Below are positions 1 through 13,664 of a DNA stretch of 64,000 bases, piece by piece. The notes beneath the pieces are model-generated. The model was given only the letters and a program-made list of their open reading frames with translations. It was not told the DNA's origin and searched no databases. This DNA is from Squalus acanthias (Eukaryota). A program made the position numbers and the translations under genes. Location: contig CM059432.1 in NCBI GenBank assembly GCA_030390025.1, positions 53,446,001 to 53,510,000 of the forward strand, written 5' to 3'. How positions within the stretch are numbered: the stretch's first letter is position 1; each line of letters begins with the position of its first letter.

Positions 1-2535
1 TGAACCTTAGAGAGTAGTGTAGAGGTGGGATCTGCATGTAGTGAGTCACCGGGCATGAGTGGGCAGCAGCCAGGCCAGGGGGAAAGTGTAGCTCAGGTGC
101 CAACTCCTTGTTGCTGCACAGGACTCAGATGAGGACTTCAATGGGGTGGCTTTCTGAAGAAGAGTGATGGGCATGTACACAGAAATGCTTGGTGCAATGG
201 CAGACCTGCCAGAGAGCCTCTTTTCCGTGTCAAGGAGCATGGAGGAGTTCAGATCCAACATTGCCCCGGGCTTTGTGTGAAGCTTGGAACGCATGATTTC
301 CAGGATGGAACTGATAGGCGACTCCATTAGAACAATTGTGGACCCAATCGTGATGCTGGGTGTGATGGGCGATGTCGCAGCTTCCATTGCAGCACAAGCG
401 GAAGGGTCCCAATGTCTGAGTGCTGCAGTGGAAGCTCAGAATGCTCTCATGCAGGCTCAGCTTGCTGCCATGCAAGTTCAGACTGCTGCTACCGTGGCTG
501 GGTTTACCAGTGTCGAAAGGGGCTTGCAGGGGGACGCAGCAGTCCAGCAATCTGTCCTCCAACAGATGGCTAGGAATGCTGAGGCACCACCCCATGGAGT
601 AAGAACCTGCTGCCCTTTCTCAGGATGACAGCATTCGTACTCCCACCACTGCCACCACAGTGCCCTTGTTGCTGCCTGTCAGCCAGCCAGCCCAGACTGC
701 TGCCGCCCATGCCGAGATGGTGCAGTCTACAGCCGGGTCTTCTAGGCCCAGAGGTCCTCGAGGTCGTCCTGCAAGGCCAGCAGCACTGTTTCCCACTGAA
801 AGTCAGCAGCCTTCCACCAGCCATGCTGCAGCCATTGGGGTAGCACTGTGTAGGAGCACTAGAATAGGCAAAGGAACACGAAAGACAGACACTAAGGGAA
901 TGCACAAGGGCGATTAGTTGACTTTTTTATGTAGTATTGGATTGAATAATTTATAAATTATGTTTGGAATGTTTGTTTTGTGGTGGCTTTCATTTCAGCT
1001 TTGTGCGCAAGAGGACACTGTGAGAAGTGCTGAGCAACGGGGATCTGGGTTTTCATTCATTGGACCTGGAGTCTGATGAGGCGCTCACAGAAAGCCAGTC
1101 CGGAGCGGGGTTTTGCTGCCTGCCTCCTCCTCTTCCTTCTGCTCTTCCTCCTCCTCTTCCTCCTTTTCCTCCTCCTCCCCCTGAGGTGGTCGCAGAACCC
1201 GTGGTGGCAAGGGCTGCGCCCTCCTGATGGCCAAATTGTGGAAGTTGCAGCAGACCACCACGAAATGGGACACCCATTCTGGCCTGTACTCGAGGGTTTC
1301 TCTTAAGCGGTCAAGGCAGCAGAACTGTTGCTTTAGCACCCTGATGGTCTGCTCAATGATGTTCCTCATGGCAGCATGGCTCTCATTATATGACTGCTGG
1401 CCTCGAATGGTGGGGTAGCAGAGGGGAGTCATCAGCCAGGTGTAGAGCGGATAGCCCTTATCTCTGAGCAGCCATCCTCCGGTTCGTTGTGGTGGCTGGA
1501 AGATTGCTGGCACACCGGACTGGCGCATGATGAATGCATCATGACTGCTGCCAGGATAGCGGGCATTCGCCATCATGATGTGCTGGGCGTGGTCACACAC
1601 CAACTGCTCATTAAGTGAGTGGTAGCCTTTGCGGTTGCGGTATATCTCAGGATTGATATGCGGCGCCCACAAAGCTAAGTGTGTGCAGTCGATGGCATCC
1701 TGCACCATGGGAAGCCCACTATCCTGGCTAAGCCACATGTGCGTTTCCTGCTTCTCTCTGTTCGGAGAAAAGATAATGTAATCCCTTCTTCTGGAGTACA
1801 GAGATTCTGTGACCTCCTAGGTGCAACGATGGATGACGCATTGGGAGAAGTTAGCTATGTCGCCTGCTCCAGACTGGAAGGATCCGGTGGTGAAAAATTG
1901 AGTGCCACGGTCACCTCGAGGGCCACTGCCAGAGCCTTCATCGCCCTGCTCTGAAGCTGCAGGTCTGGTTTTAAGAGGTGGAAGAGTTCTGTGATCACCT
2001 CCTTGGTGAAGTGGAGCCTCCGAGTACACTGCTCCTGGCTTAAGTGCAGGTAGGAGAAGTGCTCTTGGGAGACCCTAGGTGGGTAAGGCCTCTTGCTGAG
2101 AGCCCTCTTGCCCCTCCTCTTCCCTCCCTCTGCGAGCAGCTTGTCTTCTTTGCTGCCTCTGCTCCATCTCTCTGTCATGCAGCAGCGAGGGGGACTGCAA
2201 GTAGAGCCCCCATGACTGGGAGCAAGTGGTGTGAGCAGAGCCTGTGAAATCAGAAGCAAGGCCTTTTCCACTTGCAGCTCCACAACAGTCAACTCACCAA
2301 CTTTAAATAACTCTAGAAAGCTCCAAACAGTTGCACCAAATGACACCGAGCCAGTAGAAATAAGAAGGCAAGTTGCCCGAAAGTTGTCGATGATCCTTTT
2401 AAAGATCACTGGTGAGGGGGTCCCTCGAGCGGCTGAACGCTTTGGAGAGAGCGCGCTGTCGAGCGGCGATATCTGAGATAGCAGGTTATGTGTGAAATCA
2501 GCGTGTCACGCGCTAAGAGGGGGAATTTCACGGCC
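1..2535. mobile_element. PIF/Harbinger DNA transposon, degenerate; left part outside the window
   Basis: Convergent partner-gene remnant (+, ~1-916) and transposase remnant (-). Ends in a Harbinger-type terminus GAATTTCACGGCC at ~2535. Confidence 0.8.
1056..2213 (-). pseudogene. Harbinger DDE transposase (HARBI1-like), frameshifted
   Basis: ORFs 1085-1738, 1817-2029 and 1855-2409 carry AIDCTHLAL, YPGSSHDAFI, DKGYP and IIEQTI motifs split across frames. Confidence 0.85.
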
Positions 2536-3134
2536 AATGTTGGAGCAGAGTCAGACAAAGTAGAAGGAGCTTTACTCTGAATTTAACCTAGGATTGCTTG
2601 ATACTGACACACAGTCCAAAATAGAAAACTATTCTTGTCCTGGTGCCAACAACCCTCAACTTGATGATCACAAACATTTGCCATTTTTTTAAATCACTGG
2701 GCCACCTTAATAGTAGTTTTATTCCAAATCTATAGTTAGCAAACCCATTTAATAAATAATTCCTGTGTAATAGCCTATTAATATATATGATACCAATGCT
2801 GCGGATTCAATAAATCACAAAATATAAAATTTTCTAAAAATAATATATGCATTCATTAAACTAAACTTATATCTTATGTAATCATGGTATTAATAACCAG
2901 GAAATAGTAGATAGAAATTGCAGGGAGGCTCTTGCTCGGCAGAGATGGTGTGATTAGCAAGATAATGCACACAATTTTTTTTTATGTTTTAAAAATTTCA
3001 TCTCTTTATACATTTTTAACTAGGTAGGGATTTGAAAAGCTGAAATGTACTGGGACAAAAATAGGTTGGTATTACGTAAATGCTAACTCATTTCTGCATT
3101 ATTGATTGTTCTCCACAGGTCCAGCTAGACCTAT

Positions 3135-3817
3135 GGGGCTAGAAATTCGATGCCTTAGCGTCTCCCGTTAGTGCCTCTGGGTGGCAATAATGGGGCGCTA
3201 AGGACTTACCGCCCGGGCGTGGCGATGTTACCGCCGCCCACGAAATTCACGTAGCGGTTTGCGGTGGCGGTAACCCCTAGCACCACGATCTCCTGCGCCC
3301 GGAGATCGTGACATCATCCGGCTGCGCATCGCCCTGGTAGTGCCCTGACCCGAAATTAATTTCCGCCCCCTGCAGCATTGCCGGGTGATGACACCGACAG
3401 CTGCAGGAGGCGTGGATCAGGAGGCCGGGCGCTTCGGGGACGATACTTAAAGGCGAGGTGGCCGAGGTAGGTTAAAAAAAATCTGAAATGCTCTTTGTGT
3501 TTTTTTTTGTTTCGATCAGCCCGGCGCTCTGCTGCAGTGCATCGGGTTGATCGGGCCGGATCGCGGCTGCCGTCAGGGACCAGGTAAGTTTTCCCCTTGC
3601 AGAGCCTGCAGTGATGGCCCTTCCCTTTAAGGGAGGGAAGGAGCCTTCCAACGCGGCAGCGCTGCACGGCCCATTGTGCAGCGCTGCACACCTACCACCC
3701 CGCCTGCTGCCTGTTGTGCTCCAGGAAGGAAGTCGAGCGCTTGATTTAGCGCTCCACATCCTTCCTGGAGCACAAAACCGAATTTTTAAAAAGTTAGCGC
3801 CCCAAATTTCTCCCTCC
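3135..3817. mobile_element. Non-autonomous Harbinger-like element (MITE-like)
   Basis: GC-rich island bounded by GGGGCTAGAAATT...AAATTTCTCCC. Subterminal sequence resembles the ends at 17440-18181 and 47236-48124. Confidence 0.55.
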
Positions 3818-3912
3818 TAGTCTCTAAATAAATTGTCTGTGCTGGGAATCTGCAGTTCTTTTTAGTTCTGTAACACCTGGAAATGTGTTATTTTTCAATG
3901 CTATTTACTTAC

Positions 3913-3935
3913 ATCTCTTTTGGCTGTACAGCCAT
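3913..3935 (-). other. Possible host-gene micro-exon (23 nt)
   Basis: Minus strand reads acctag|ATGGCTGTACAGCCAAAAGAGAT|gtaagt in non-repetitive AT-rich sequence. Confidence 0.2.
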
Positions 3936-4354
3936 CTAGGTTGACAACACACAAAGCTTATATTTATATATACCAGTAGTTATTAACCATACTATAACAT
4001 TACGACCTAGTTGAACTATATTATATATTGAATTTAGATCAGCTATCCATCCTTTATATACTCCATGCATTTTTTTTTGATGTCCTCGTGATGTTGTACT
4101 GACTGGACCAGGAATATTTGTCATTCATATTTAGCAGCTTTTAGATTGACAGAAAGTTTATTGAACACCTATTTTACTACAATTCATAAATTCAAATCTC
4201 GATTGCTTCATAAATAGGTCTATTATTATCTTTATTAATATAAGCAATGTGTATACATGTCAAATATAACCTTTCAGTAGTAATGAAATCACAACTCCAC
4301 AGTGGATTGTTAAAATCCCACCAATTTATTAATCTGCTGGTGGTTTCAAATTAC

Positions 4355-4387
4355 TTCCTTGGGTTCTTAGCAGCGTTCTCACAGCAA
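4355..4387 (-). other. Possible host-gene exon (33 nt)
   Basis: Strong polypyrimidine acceptor (cttttcttattccctgctttcttatcttctag) and a gtaatt donor; two frames are open. Confidence 0.2.
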
Positions 4388-5248
4388 CTAGAAGATAAGA
4401 AAGCAGGGAATAAGAAAAGATCGTCTGCTCCTCAAGCCTGCACCCACTGTAAACAGGTATACACTTCTCACTTTGACAGGCTGCCATCTGGGGGGAAAGT
4501 TCTGGACAAATACTGCCTGATCCCCAAAAGCAGTCAGGCAAAACTCCAATGTAATTCATCCATCCTCACTTTTTCACGATCCCACCATCATCTGCAGCCC
4601 TCCACAGACAACACTTCCATCCCACCCCAGCCACAGCAACATAGGAATTATAATCCAAGTCCACACCTGTCACTTATACCTCTATTCCCTTTCTCAGATA
4701 AATATTTATGAAGTACTTTTTGAAGTAGTTAAGCAACTCAGCCTCAATTGCACTTGCAGGGAGTTGCTTCCACGTATCCAGTGCTATGGGTATATTTTCC
4801 TGTGGCCATTCATTGAAACTAAAAGTTAGACATGAATAAACAGATGAGTAAAATGGGTAGAAAGCGGCAATGGACTTTTCTCCTATTCCAGGTCTTGCTT
4901 CCATTCTGAAATGAAATTTGTGAAAGAAAAACACCACAATTTGCCTGTTAAAGTAAAGTGAGGCCTTTTTATAGACCTATCCTGAGAAAAATCACACAGA
5001 ACTTTACAGTGAGGGATCGAAATGAAACATAAACCCAAAACTCACATTTGGAACTGGTGTCACTTACACGAGGGGTAAGATTTCAAAGTATCAGCAAAGG
5101 TCATATTTGTTATTTTAAAAAATCTAAATGTAGCACTGTGCCATAATACAATAATAATGTAAATAATTCAGATATATTTATTTAACCAAAATGATTTAAT
5201 ATCAATATTTTATTAGGTTGCAGTCACTTTTTATGTGCCCCATACATT

Positions 5249-5903
5249 GGGGGTAATTTTAACCCCTATAAATGGATGGGTCTGGGTCAGGTGGGAGGTG
5301 AAAATGTTAAAAATCTGAAACAGGAACCCAACCTTCTCGAATCCATCCACTTCCGTTTTTAACGCAGGTGGGTCGAGGGGCGAGCAACCAATCTGTTCTC
5401 AGAGTTGGTCGCTGAAACCTTTTAAGGAGGCTTTTAAGCATGTCCCCAATTTAACAGGAATTCTATTGTTAACCAGTCGGCCGAGAAACCCGGCAGGTAA
5501 AAGGAGGCAAGAAGGGTCAGATCCATGAGGTAAGTGCATTTATAGCACTGCTTGTGGGCCAGGAGGAGCAGGAGAATTTTCTCCCAGCCCAACAAGCCAA
5601 CCTATAAACCCTACCATCTCCACGATCTCCCACTGACTCCCCCAGTGATTACTAACCCCCGCCCGTGATCATGAACCTCCCCCATGATCACTGACCTCTC
5701 TCCAATCTCACCCCAACCCCCCATCTCTGTTTCTGATCTCCAAACCCCCTCTGATCACTCCCAGACCCCCATCTCTGTCCCCAATCTTCGAGCCCCTCCT
5801 CTGATCGCTCCTTCATTCCCCCTTATCGTCCACCTCCTCCTCCGAGGTCACCCCTGACCCTCCCAAACACGCTTTACCTAACCCCGTAATCTCTACCCCC
5901 AAC

Positions 5904-5935
<32 letters not shown>

Positions 5936-6320
5936 AAATTCTAATTCCGGTGGGAGACTGATGGAAACCACAGGGATACGATGGAGACCCAGGTGGACCC
6001 TTGAAAAATGTTTTTTAAAATTCAAAAACAGCCAGATCAACCAACTTGCTCAGGGGGGCTGATTGGATGATTGTTGGCTTAGAGGAGAGCAGGGCTTGGG
6101 CAACTGCTGCCTCTCAAATGGCAGAACAAGTTCAGAATATTTGGCAGCATGGGGAAGGCAGACTCCAGGGATGCATCCAAAATGGCGCTTGTGCTTGTCT
6201 GCCATATGCTATTGAAGTGCCTCCTCACTGCCTCCATAATCTCCAGTTGGGTTCATGCTGGAGGGCACTGGCGGGCACGATCCTGGCATAACCTCCAGAA
6301 TCATAGACCGAGCAATTTGA
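5249..6320. mobile_element. Degraded non-autonomous DNA transposon (Harbinger-like ends)
   Basis: Begins GGGGGTAATTTTAACC and has a C-rich internal repeat; the right boundary is uncertain. Confidence 0.35.
5905..5937 (+). repeat. (AGAA)n microsatellite
   Basis: Directly visible tandem AGAA units. Confidence 0.9.
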
Positions 6321-6534
6321 GGGCTGTAGCCTTTATGTACCACATTTAACTTGGGAAGTGACTAAATATAAAATATTTTTTCATAGATAAATTAGGCCTA
6401 AAAATATCCCTTAGGCTTTTGCTCTATCAAATGGAAGTCTTGTACCTTTTGTGGAAGAGGAATGGTATGTCTTCAAATTCATCTAGTCTTGGATCCACAA
6501 TATTATAATAAATTTTGTTAAAGATTGAGTCAAA

Positions 6535-6950
6535 TGGGCCTATATTCTCTGGAATTTAGAAGAATGAGAGGTGATCTCATTGAAACATATAAAAGTCTTC
6601 GAGGGCTTGACAGGTTGGATGCAGGGAGGATGTTTCCCTGGCTGGGGAGTCTAGAACCAGGGGTCACAGTCTCAGAATAAGGGGTCGGCCATTTATGACT
6701 GAGATGAGGAGAAATTTCTTCACTCAGGAGGGTTGTGAATCTTTGGAATTCTCTGCCCCAGAGAGCTGTGGAAGCTCAGTCAATGAGTATATTCAAGAAT
6801 GAGATGGATAAACTTTTGGGCACTAAGGGAATCAAGGGATATGGGGATAGGACGGTAAAATGAAGTGGATGTAGAAGTTCAGCCATTGAATAGCGGAGCA
6901 GGCTTGAGGGGCCATATACCCTACTCCTATTCCTATTTCTTATGTTCTTA
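6535..6950 (+). mobile_element. CR1 LINE 3' fragment
   Basis: Encodes LEFRRMRGDLIETYK...RGHSLRIRG, homologous to the end of the CR1 at 53385-54549, and ends in a TTTCTTATGTTCTTA tail. Confidence 0.85.
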
Positions 6951-7105
6951 AAGTTGATTTTAAATCAGTTACATTTCATCGTGCATGTCTATTCAGTGAT
7001 AAAATTACATTAGATTAGGAAAATTAGATTAGTTGGTAACTGAGAAATGTCTGACTAGATTCTGTATTCAGCTTTGTAACATTTTCAAATAGCATTTTAT
7101 AATAG

Positions 7106-8080
7106 TCAGCATGGATTGCATTTTTTGAAGAAGTAACAGAAAGAGTAGACAAGGGCAATGTAGTAGATGTGGTGTATATAGACTTTCAGAAGGCCTTTGA
7201 TGAGGTGCCACATAAGAAACTCATGGCAAAGGTCAGGGTGCGCGGAATCAGGGGCTAAGTAGCAGGATGGATTGAAAGATGGCTGCAAAAAACAGAAAAC
7301 AGAGGGTGGGAGTTAAAGGAACTTTCTTAGACTGACAAGAAGTGGGAAGTTGTGTCCCACAGGGATCAGTGCTGTGACTATTGTTGTTCACTATATAAAT
7401 GAATTATTTGGACTCAGAAATTGGAGGTATGGTGTTGAAACATACAAATGATATCAACAAAACATAAACAGGCTTGCAGAGTGGGTGGATAAATGGCAAA
7501 TTAAATTCAATATAGTGAACTGTGAGTTTGTTCATTGTAGTAGGAGGAATAAGGAGGCCAATTATTTTTTGAAAGGTAAGAAACTAAATGGGGTATATGC
7601 AGCAAAGAGATCTTGGAATACATTACATAAACCAATAAAGTAGCAACACATGTTGATAAGGCCGTAAAGAGTACAAACATAGTACTGGGTTAATTTCTAG
7701 AAGATTAGAATACAAAAGCAGAGATGTATTGTTAAACTTATGTAGAATGTTGGTTAGACCACACTTGTAGTACTGTGTGCAGTTCTGGTCTCCAAACTAC
7801 GAAAAGGATATTGAAACACCAGATATAGTGCAGAAAAGATTTGAAAGGGTGTTAGCAGAATTGAGAGGATGCAACTATCAGGACAGATTGAACAGACTGG
7901 GGCTCTTTTCGCTGGAAAGAGAAGACGAGAGGAGACCTGATAGCGGTCTTCAAAATTCTGAAGAGGTTCGATAGGATGGACATGGAGAAACTGTCATTCC
8001 ACTTGTGCGTGAATCCATAACAAGGGGGCATAAATACAAAATAGCCACTAACAGTTTAACTAAAGAATTTAGAGGAATTT
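7106..8080 (+). mobile_element. Degenerate CR1 LINE ORF2 (RT) fragment
   Basis: Remnants of VYIDFQKAFDEVPH, VPQGSVL and VQFWSP with many stops. Confidence 0.8.
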
Positions 8081-8879
8081 ATTTTTTAATGGTGTTCACA
8101 TCGTTTGGAGATCACATCAGATAAGTAGGTCAGGTTCTCTCTCTCTCCCCATTGCTGTGAATAGGTGACAGCTGCAAAAGTGGTATGAAAGCTACCATTT
8201 CACAGCTGTTCACTTTCCAATGTCAGAAGCTTGAGCCTTCAGGACTTGGAAGACACTTTTGAGCTTTATGCAGTTTGGAAGTGTTTGGAGTAAACTCTCT
8301 ATTCACTGTCACCTCCTTGGAGCAACCTCTCTCACCATTGACAGATCGCTTCTGTCATCTCAACTTCAGCTGCCATCTATTGCAGCAACATCAGTGCCCT
8401 TGAAAAAATCTCACCTTGGTCCTCTGAATCCCTCCACGATCAGCCCCAGCACCAACATCACCAGGCACACCAACATCATCAACAACAATACCAACCTTTT
8501 CCGCAATTACCTGATACAGCACAGGACACAGGGCATCAGGACCCGACAACATTGCTGCCTGGGAGGCCAGCGATGGCATCACCATGGCCAGATTTAATTC
8601 ACTTGCCGCTGTACACCCTGGCTGCCACATGATGCACCAGGTTGACACCACCCCACACCAGCACCATAAAGAATTCCTACAATATCCAAGCCATTCATTT
8701 CACACTCATCACAACTGGGGGGAGGGGGGGGGGGAATTATGTCTCAACATTCACTGGAACTAACTAAGACATTTCCAAAGGTGAGCACAGATCTATCCCA
8801 TAAGGTAAAGTGTGGAAAAGATAGATTTCAATGTTTGACAACACATTAACAGAAACTTCACATGAACATTGGATCAACC

Positions 8880-9742
8880 ACCCAGGTGCCTACCCTTTTG
8901 TGTTGTTAGTTTGTATGCTTGCAGTAGGTTGAGGGTGAGTGTGAGGGGTGGCTAGTGAGATGGGGAAGTGATAATGTAGATAGAGAGGGCTGGGTGGAGG
9001 TGCAAGGTGAGTTGGTGTGAGTAAGGATGTGCAGGAGAAGGGTATGGAAGGTAGAGTGATGGGGATGTGATGAGAGGCACAGCAGGATAAGGTTGAGTGT
9101 GGCTCGGCAGTAACGTTTTGTGATCTGCTCAGATCCTCCTGACGACATCCCTGCTTGTACCCTCCTGTGCAATGTGCAACCAGGCTGCATTGATCTCCTG
9201 GGGAGGTCTCTTCCACCTGTGGGAAGGGAAGAAAACCTCCCTGCATGCTGTGACTCCCTCCATAAGCATATAGAGGGAGTCATGGGAGAGCTGGGTGCAG
9301 CTGTGCACCTCTGTGCAGGGCTTGTCAGTGTTTACAGCACCTCAATGCTGCAGAACACTGACAGCACAACTGTCAAAATGAATTTGGACATGACCCCTTT
9401 AAGGAAACTGGCTGATGACACGTCATCAAATGACATCAGTAGACCCGATTCCTATTAATTGGAACCTCGCAGGACGGGCTTAAAAAGCCCAATCAATGAA
9501 AAATCGCTTGGAGAGTGCGAGCTGCAATAGGCACTGACCGTGACACTGACCCCGGCCGCCCCGGACCTGCCTCGGTCGGCAAAATCGTGGCCATTGTCCC
9601 GGATCCCTCCAGCAATGCCACCAGGACGGCGTTGCATGAGCGCTGTGCCACCTATATTCATGCTCCCCAGACCAATTTCACTTGGTTAGCGTTGCGGCCA
9701 TTTCCAGCGGTTGTTAACTGCAGGTGAAGACAAATTTTCCCC
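8880..9742 (-). mobile_element. Degraded Harbinger fragment (partner-gene 5' region and terminus)
   Basis: Resembles the Myb/SANT-like first exon and intron seen at 60200-60650; ends AAATTTTCCCCC. Confidence 0.45.
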
Positions 9743-10065
9743 CTCCTATTTTTAAATGATGTTTATTTTTTTCATTTTAGAAGGCAGTTCCCCTTTAAGG
9801 GATCGACACTGCTTTCTAAAATGACAGGTTAGCTTTAAGACAACGCTCGTCTTGCTACAATGACACTATGGCCATGCTACACTGGGCCTCCTGCTGGAGA
9901 CTACCACCGGAAAACCAATGTTGCACTCCAGGTTTTGCGCTGTGCTAATTTAAATAGCAGGCAGCACCAAAATACCAGTGTTGCCTGCGCTATTATTTCA
10001 GGCGGCCATTAACTTTGGCCCCGCAGTGGCACCAGCAGGGGTCCGGCCTACTCCAATTTCTAGGC

Positions 10066-10210
10066 CTATATCTTTAGACATCCAGGGAGCTCCATCTTTA
10101 GATGCCCTTCCTTTCCCCCTCTTGGGGATGTATCTACTCTGTACCCGAACCATCTTTCCTTTGAAGGCCTCCCATTGTTCAATGACTGTTTTGACTACCA
10201 ATTTTTGATT
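10066..10210 (-). mobile_element. Short CR1 ORF2 fragment
   Basis: WEAFKGKMVRVQSRYIP...APWMSKDI is typical of the CR1 ORF2 region between endonuclease and RT. Confidence 0.6.
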
Positions 10211-10675
10211 GGCAAAAGGACCTCCTTAAATATGGCCATACTTTAAATAAATACAAAGTATCATTTAGGTGTGTTTGTATCTTGTCAGCCATGTGGTATA
10301 TTGGCCCCAATTTTATCATGGGGTGGGATTGTTCCATGCGAGGAGCCTGGGCGAGCTGCAAGCTTGCATGTCGAGTCCCAGAGAGATTGTAACTCCTGGG
10401 CCTCATTTCCATGTCCAGGCCCCGACTCTCACCCAAACCTGGTTTAACTTGGTCAACTCAATTTAACTTTTTACTCTTATTATTTCATATGACTTTCAAG
10501 AAGTAATTTCAAGCATTCATGGTCAGTTGTAGAAAATATTTATAGCATTATAAGCACTGCAGATGTCACAGTAGAAATAGTCACCAGAATAATGCGAGTG
10601 ATTAACACTTCCATTCCACAACCAAAGAAAATTCTATGACTGGATATAAGATCTCTTCATGTTACAATAAAATAC

Positions 10676-10772
10676 CATTGTGCTACATTTGAATGAAAAT
10701 TTTATGAGTTCTGTGGTAAGGAACTTTAATGATTTTTGTTGCTCCTCTGCTTCTTGTAATATATTCAATGCA
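10676..10772 (-). CDS. Possible host-gene coding exon (97 nt; ALNILQEAEEQQKSLKFLTTELIKFSFKCSTM)
   Basis: Upstream T-rich tract, aag| acceptor, open frame and ATG|gtattt donor; not similar to the repeats in the window. Confidence 0.3.
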
Positions 10773-11713
10773 CTTTCAGAACCATTATGTAAAAAGGAAA
10801 AAAAAAGTAATTGGCTCCAAGTATTAGTTCAGGATTTGTATTATTACCAGTGGACCTGTTTTAGGCTCTTACTTCATTTGAAGTAAACAGTCTCCCTTCC
10901 AAATTTGCTATTTAAAGACAATGGTCATTAAATATGTGAAATTAAAGGATGAAATACAGCCTCTAGTGAGCAATGAAATGATGGATAATGACAGTGGATT
11001 ACCAGTAACTCTGAATATTTTAATAGTCAGAGTACTGCTATATGACACCGTGTTAGGTGGCATGTGTCTCCATATTGGGTTGTCAAGCCTCTGATGACGT
11101 TTATTTCCAACATTGCAAAGCTCCATATGCCAAGGTTCTAGGCAAGCTCTTTGATGGATTGACCTGCTGCTGGAACTGTGTTTGTTCCGGGAACATGCTC
11201 AGGGGATTAAAAGGATTTCGCCTCATCACAGTAAGGTCAACCTGTGTTCAGAATGCAATTGGATACAATATTAATTTTTGCATAATTGGAAAATTTATCA
11301 ATCTGGTGCTGTCAGTAACTGCCAGCCATCTGGACTTGGAGCGGAAGTCATTAGCAGTAATTGTCATAACAATAGCAGCTTATTGGCGCTAATGAATGTG
11401 ATTAAAATGTTTCACTAAAAGTAATACACAGTAGTTGCAAACCATAACAGCAATACCGAACATGAGAACATTAAAATACAGAACAGCTTTTGTGATTTAT
11501 ATTTTATAAATACTTGAACATTTCATCTGGAAACTTTCTGAAAATATTTCAGTTATTACCAGTTTCTCTCCAGTGTCACTTGGTATTGTTCCTTTGCCAA
11601 CTGAGATACTTATAAACAGAAGTCGTGAATAAAAATTACATAGGTGATGGTGACAGTAATTTAACGCACCTGATTGTCACTTTCAGAAGAGCAATTCTGT
11701 TAAGGTACACATA

Positions 11714-12905
11714 GGGCTAAAATTTCAGTTGCGTAGCGCCCGTTGTTTGAGCGCTATGGGTGCCGAATTGGGTCCAAAATGGCACGCACAGTTCTGGTGT
11801 GGGCCGCGCCGGACACCATCTTGGTGAGGGCGGTAGGGCGGCCGTTAGGAGCAAGCGCTGGAAGTATGGTCAGTAGGCAGATTGTGATGTCAATCAGTTT
11901 GCAACACTGATTTGATGCCAGCGCTGCCATTTTCATCGTCATCGCTGAAACTAACGCCCTGTGTTAACCTTGCACAGCTGCACATGCGTTTAGCAGCAGG
12001 AAGGACCCCCCCCCACAACGATATTTAAAGGGATCATCACCAACTTTCAGGTAACTTGCTTTTTGATTTCTACTGGCTCTGTGTAAGTTTGTGGAAGTGT
12101 TTGCAGCTTTCTAGAGTTATTTAAAGTTGGTGAGGTGACAGGGAGTGGTGCTGCAAGTGGAGAAGGCCTTGCTTCTGACTTCAAGGGTTCTGCTCAGACC
12201 ACTTGCTCCTAGTCATGGATGCTCTTGTTGTCATCCCCCTCGGCCTGCAGCATGACAGGGAGATGGAGTGGAGGCAGCAAAGGAGTGGACAAGCTGCTCG
12301 CAGAGGGAGGAGCAGGAGGGGGGAGAAGAGCTCCTAGCAGGAAGCCTTACCCACCTAAGGTCTTCCGAGAGCAATTCACTTAGTGTTTAGCGGCAGACAA
12401 TGACGATGTCATCACCGTGCGCAGTGCCCCATTTTTGCCCTGCCTGCAAAATTGGCCCGCGCCCCCTGAATCTGCGCCGGGCGATGACAGCGACTGATTC
12501 AGGGGGCGGGAACGGAGCGGCAGGAGGCTCGTGGGGCACTAAGAAAAGGGGAGGTGGCGGGTGGGGAAAAAAATCGTCCGGCTTACTTGTCGTGGCCCGT
12601 TGCCTCTTTCACTTTGGGGTCCATGCCGTGATCTGACAGCCCGGCACTCCTCTTCAGTGCCGAGCTGCTGGCACGACACTCCGCTCCCTGGTGGTCCAGG
12701 TAGGGCCCCTCAGAGTTGTGGGCTTGGGCCCTCCCCTTTAATGAGGGGAGGAGCCCTTCCATGCGGCAGCACTACGTGGCCCAGTGCGTAGCGCTGCAGA
12801 ATACACCGCCCCGATATTCGGGGTTAGCGCTCTAAGAAGGAAGTGCAGTGCTTGAATTAGTGCTCCACCTCCCTTTTGGGGCGCTAAAACTGAATTTAGC
12901 AACCG
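11714..12905 (+). mobile_element. Internally deleted Harbinger derivative with 5' transposase fragment (~12214-12380)
   Basis: Starts GGGCTAAAATTTCAG. Region 12130-12380 resembles the transposase 5' region of the element at 1-2535 (RKPYPPKVFREQF). Confidence 0.6.
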
Positions 12906-12933
12906 CTGGTGCTATTTTTATTTTATGATGTTA

Positions 12934-13664
12934 TGTAAGATTTTCAAAATGTGCAGATTCCCAAAAACATATATCGAAAGGAAAAAAATAGGGACTTTGG
13001 AAATTTAAAGGAACATGCCTGAACATGTACCTGGTCTGGGAATTCAAGACCAGCAAAAAAATCACCATATGGACAATAGGCTCTGGGGAAAAACTGCCCC
13101 ACCCAAAACACAGAGCCCATCACGATTTCAATGACAATGAACAGGCCCTACCTGAGAACTCACTGCATTACGAAACCAGTTTTTTTCATGAGGAGTTTGT
13201 GGTGGGGGGGGGACGAAGAGCACTATAATTGCAGCAGAACCCAAGATTCTTTCTCTTTTCGACTCGACCGACTACGCGGGAAGCAGGGGTCTCTGGCAGC
13301 ACTGCCCAGAAGCCACATGGTGAAGGAAGACGTTCTATGACCAGAATCACCATCGACTTACCTGGCTGGACCACGGATTGTTAATACCCCTGTCTGGTAA
13401 GCATTATCCCTGATCTCCTGAAACCGAAACCTAGCTAGAAGTGGGAAGTTTTCCTCGCCTGTAACCGTGTGCTCCCCAAACCTGTTTAAGTGTGAAGTGT
13501 GTTTAAGTTTGTTACCTTTTAACTTTAATAAAAGTTATAGTTCTTTTCATTGGAACCTGTGGTCTACTGCATTTTTATTCACAACGCCTAAATAAGTCCA
13601 AGTTTTGAACCTGGGGCGTGGGAGCGATTCGAACCGCTCACTTTATAACAACCACACCCTTACA
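12934..13664 (+). repeat. 5' LTR (731 bp) of an older, second family of the retrovirus-like element
   Basis: TGTAAG...CTTACA termini, CACTATAATTGCAG TATA (13221), TG|GTAAGC donor (13397), AATAAA (13527); directly followed by PBS and gag. Confidence 0.8.
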